A stretch of 64,000 nucleotides of DNA. It comes from Stegostoma tigrinum. Lineage: Eukaryota. Of this stretch, positions 60,101-64,000 are shown piece after piece. The stretch covers positions 26,561,197-26,625,196 of the forward strand of contig NC_081356.1 in the NCBI RefSeq assembly GCF_030684315.1, given 5' to 3'. The notes under the pieces were generated by a model. That model was not told the origin of the DNA and did no database searches. It saw nothing but the letters and a program-made list of their open reading frames with translations. The translations under genes and the position numbers were made by a program. Every line of letters begins with the position of its first letter. Position 1 is the first letter of the stretch.

Positions 60101-62809
60101 AACATAAATTTTGTTTGCATCTAAGCAGGCATAAATAAATGAGCACTAAGAATGCAAGCTAAGAGACCTGAGATGCACCCTGCTTCAATGCATGCAATTG
60201 ATGCCTGACCCTGTGCTCAAAGTGGTCTGGCAGCAGCATTGCAATGAAAGGCAACGTTGAACGCAAAAGAGAAATATGAATTGGTGAACTATTGTAAATT
60301 AAGTAGAGATGTGTCATGATGTGATGTCAATGCCAACACCTGCGTATGGATGATGCAAGCAACAACTCCCCATGGAGCAGGCTCTGAGATGTTGGGAAAT
60401 GTTAAACGCTAAATACCTAAGAAGATGTTGATGAGTTGCAACTGTCAAGTACCACTCTGACTTTAAAGTCAGGAATTGCCACTGCCACAATTCTCTCTAT
60501 TGCCTCCAAAAATAATAAACTGCAGATAAAGGAGGGAAATTGACTAATAATCGGATGTTAGGACATGCAAGTAGGCCCTGTACTAGTCAAATCTCATCAG
60601 ACTGTTGAAACGTGAGCAAAATTGGACAGTTTTCTCGATTGTGAGAATCTCATTTTTCATTCTCACCATATTTTCCCGATGGTCTCACCATTGCTCACAT
60701 TGTTCAAGGGTTGAGCAAATTCTATCCCAAGTGTTTCTGCCTCATTGGCTGAACTAAATTTGCCAAAGATCTGACTATCCATAAATAAGACCTGTTTTTG
60801 TTGCGGGATTGGTCAGCAAAGGGAAATGTCTTCATGGAGATGACATCAGACCATATGTTAAAGATTATACAATGAGGATAGGGGAGAGAACTTTGGAACA
60901 ACGTCTGAAGTATGAAAGGTTAAAGCAATTGAAGTCAGCAGTATTTCTGCCAACAGTAATGTTTGCTCATGTCTCTGTCAGCACTCACTGTACTCAGTGA
61001 TCTTTTCTTGCAGTGGTGTTCATAAGCAATCTTTCAATCCCAAGGTAAGATGTGGAATGATTATGACCAATATTTAGTATTGGAGTTAGCGGCAAAATAA
61101 ATATTTTCAATGGGAAAATGTTCCCTTGTAGTTGGAGGTTACAGAAAGTTTCAAGCCCTGAATTCTGTGCTGGAAACATTTCAAATTGTACCAACTGGTT
61201 GTTGCTGGATTTTTTTTTTGTGTTCAATTGATTCGGTACTGGAAAGTCCAGGTAGTTCATCAAAAATAGTTCACAGCTGATAAAACCTGGTAAAGAAATA
61301 AATGGAATCTCAATTCATCACTGATAAGTCATTCAATTCTATGAAACCTTATACTAATTATGGTGGACTCTTTTAGACAAAACCACACTTTCTGTCTGAA
61401 TAAGCTCACTAGGTCTATCACGCAGCTTTTTACAGCACTGGACTTTGACTCTCCCATTAAGGCATTGACAAAGACACTTCAATCGAGATAACACAACTTT
61501 CATTGCCCAGTGGTGAGCAGGTGTGTAACAAAGTGAAGCATCCTGACCTAAACAATATTTGCCATTTCTTCACTGCTTCTAGGTCAAAATCCTGAAGTTA
61601 TTGAATAAATTATCTACTTTGGCTTTGAGGCAGATCTGGCTTTTTCCCATACAGTAACAATGAATCCTCTGCCAAAAGATAACTTGAAGCAAACACAGAA
61701 AATGCTATAGAAATTCTGCAGATCAGGCAGCATCTGTGGAGGGAAAAACAGTGTTAAAGTTTCAAGTCCAGTATGACTCTTCTTCAGAACTACTCATCCT
61801 GGTTCCAGTCTTTGTTCATTTTTTGCCAGTGGCCACACATAGGTCACGAGAGAACCTAACATTGGATCATGTTCCTGGACACCGCTGAGGTTGGATAAGT
61901 TGATGGAGCAAGCAGTAAACCAAAAAGGATCAAAAGGTCAATGACATTTTCTTGTCACTGGGCACTTTGATCTTTGTGCTTGCAGGTTTTTAAATGTTTC
62001 TGTTCAGTCAGCCCATCATTAATGGACCCCTAATGGTTTCCTGGGTCTCAGCAACAATGTATAGTATCTTTAACATAAAATCTCCCAAGACACTTTGCAA
62101 GGGTTTTATCAAACAATATTTAGCATTGATCCACATATAGGGATATTAAAAATCTTATTCAATAAATTTAAGGACTATCTTTTAAAAATGATTTGGAAAA
62201 GCCTCTGAAGATAATCCCAGACTTCAAGGTCTAGGTAGACCATAGAGATTTCAGTTATGAGTATGTTACAGGGATAGAAAGGGATGAGGGCATGAATTAA
62301 TTTGAAAGTTTCTGTCAGAGGGCTGCAAGTCATGAATGTGCATCCGCACTTAATGTTGAATCTTCATTGAAGAACGATGCAAAATAGGGATTAGAATCAG
62401 CGCAGGATTAGTGGGCCAAAGGGCCTGTTCCTGTGCTGTATTGTGTTATATTCTAGAAACCAACTATATTTTTTCTGTTTCTTTAATGCTTTCCTACCAT
62501 GTTCTATGACTGACTGCTAGGATATGCTGAAAAATTATTAGGGTTGACCCGTCCTCCAATATTCTGCCCTGACTTCCTAGCAGAGACCAGGCTGTTTCAT
62601 TTTCCAATAAATGATGAATAAAGTCATGCTTGTGACGTATTTAAAGGTTCAATAATTTTGTCCATTTGATTTCACTATTCTCATAAAAAGAGCATTTTCT
62701 AAAAACACTTCTTATAAACCAGTTTGTCAGGATGAGCTAAAAAGCTGGCTGAGATGAAGGATTTTACACAAGAAGCAGGGAAAATCACAGTATCTTGTGA
62801 CCCTGGACA

Positions 62810-64000
62810 ATAAAATGTGAGGCTGGATGAACACAGCAGGCCAAGCAGCATCTCAGGAGCACAAAAGCTGACGTTTCGGGCCGAGACCCTTCATCAGAGA
62901 GGGGGATAGGGTGAGGGTTCTGGAATAAATAGGGAGAGAGGGGGAGGCGAACTGAAGATGGAGAGAAAAGAAGATAGGTGGAGAGAGTATAGGTGGGGAG
63001 GTAGGGAGGGGATAGGTCAGTCCAGGGAAGATGGACAGGTCAAGGAGGTGGGATGAGGTTAGTACGTAGATGGGGGTGCGGCTTGGGGTGGGAGGAAGGG
63101 ATGGGTGAGAGGAAGAGGTTAGGGAGGCAGAGACAGGTTGGACTGGTTTTGGGATGCAGTGGGTGGAGGGGAAAGGCTGGGCTGGTTGTGTGGTGCAGTG
63201 GGGGGAGGGGACGAACTGGGCTGGTTTAGGGATGCGGTGGGGGAAGGGGAGATTTTGAAACTGGTGAAGTCAACATTGATACCATTAGGCTGCAGGGTTC
63301 CCAGGCGGAACATGAGTTGCTGTTCCTGCAACCTTCGGGTGGCATCATTGTGGCACTGCAGGAGGCCCATGATGGACATGTCATCTAAAGAATGGGAGGG
63401 GGAGTGGAAATGGTTTGCGACTGGGAGGTGCAGTTGTTTGTTGCGAACTGAGCGGAGGTGTTCTGCAAAGCGGTCCCCAAGCCTCCGCTTGGTTTCCCCA
63501 ATGTAGAGGAAGCCACACCAGGTACAGTGGATGCAGTATACCACATTGGCAGATGTGCAGGTGAACCTCTGCTTAATGTGGAATGTCATCTTGGGGCCTG
63601 GGATAGGGGTGAGGGAGGAGGTGTGGGGGCAAGTGTAGCATTTCCTGCGGTTGCAGGGGAAGATGCCGGGTGTGGTGGGGTTGGAGGCCAGTGTGGAGCG
63701 AACAAGGGAGTCACAGAGAGTGGTCTCTCCGGAAAGCAGACAGGGGTGGGGATGGAAAAATGTCTTGGGTGGTGGGGTCGGATTGTAAATGGCGGAAGTG
63801 TCGGAGGATGATGCGTTGTATACGGAGGTTGATGGGGTGGTGTGTGAGAACGAGGGGGATCCTCTTTGGGCGGTTGTGGCAGGGGCGGGGTGTGAGGAAT
63901 GTGTTGCGGGAAATACGGGAGACGCGGTCAAGGGCGTTCTCGATCACTGTGGGGGGAAAGTTGCGGTCCTTGAAGAACTTGGACATCTGGGATGTGCGGG
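62810..64000 (-). mobile_element. Penelope-like element, Neptune-type (Cys-rich linker + GIY-YIG endonuclease + pLTR), runs off the window end
   Basis: PCNRRKCYTC linker; NVVYCIHCTWCGFLYIGETKRRLGDRFAEH...VANHF...EQQLMFRLGTLQPNGIN; RIPLVLTHHP upstream in another frame (frameshift). Confidence 0.92.
62870..62897 (-). ncRNA. minimal hammerhead ribozyme in the PLE pLTR
   Basis: CTGATGA A GGGT-CTCG-GCCC GAAAC GTC: intact catalytic boxes, GUC cleavage triplet and palindromic ACGT stem III, as in dimer-forming PLE hammerheads. Confidence 0.78.

Noticed and set aside
55150-62800. A neighbouring host gene upstream of TMEM38B (e.g. TAL2 or FKTN exons expected from synteny)
   Set aside because: No bHLH or fukutin-like peptide in the ORF track or by inspection; the short ORFs here look random.
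63115-63250. Short tandem ~36-nt repeats resembling an array
   Set aside because: Degenerate G-rich tandem repeats inside the PLE 3' region, with no unique spacers; not CRISPR-like.

Overview
Eukaryotic, AT-rich, repeat-dense DNA. The repeat families (V-domain tRNA SINEs of HE1 type, CR1 LINEs with (ATGTTCT)n tails, Deu-domain SINEs, Penelope-like elements) point to a cartilaginous fish, probably a shark; this is an inference. There is one host gene: a complete six-exon TMEM38B (TRIC-B) on the minus strand (ATG at 46254, stop at 6774, 298 aa, all introns GT-AG), with a CpG-rich promoter near 45.7-46.8 kb. The rest is mostly retroelements. Most notable is a full-length Tx1-clade non-LTR retrotransposon (49348-54671, minus strand) inserted inside stem II of the hammerhead-ribozyme motif of a TSD-flanked Penelope-like element. 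Its 5' end carries a 53-nt diverged copy of the ribozyme's 3' half, which rebuilds the hammerhead at the element's 5' junction. This suggests a ribozyme-targeting 'parasite of a parasite'. Other oddities: a CR1 retaining both termini but with a twin-priming-type 5' inversion, a single-ORF LINE with a tRNA-like head, a tRNA-Gly/CR1-tail chimera, an ORF-less inverted double-hammerhead insert with a 14-bp TSD, and a 178-bp near-perfect intronic inverted repeat.
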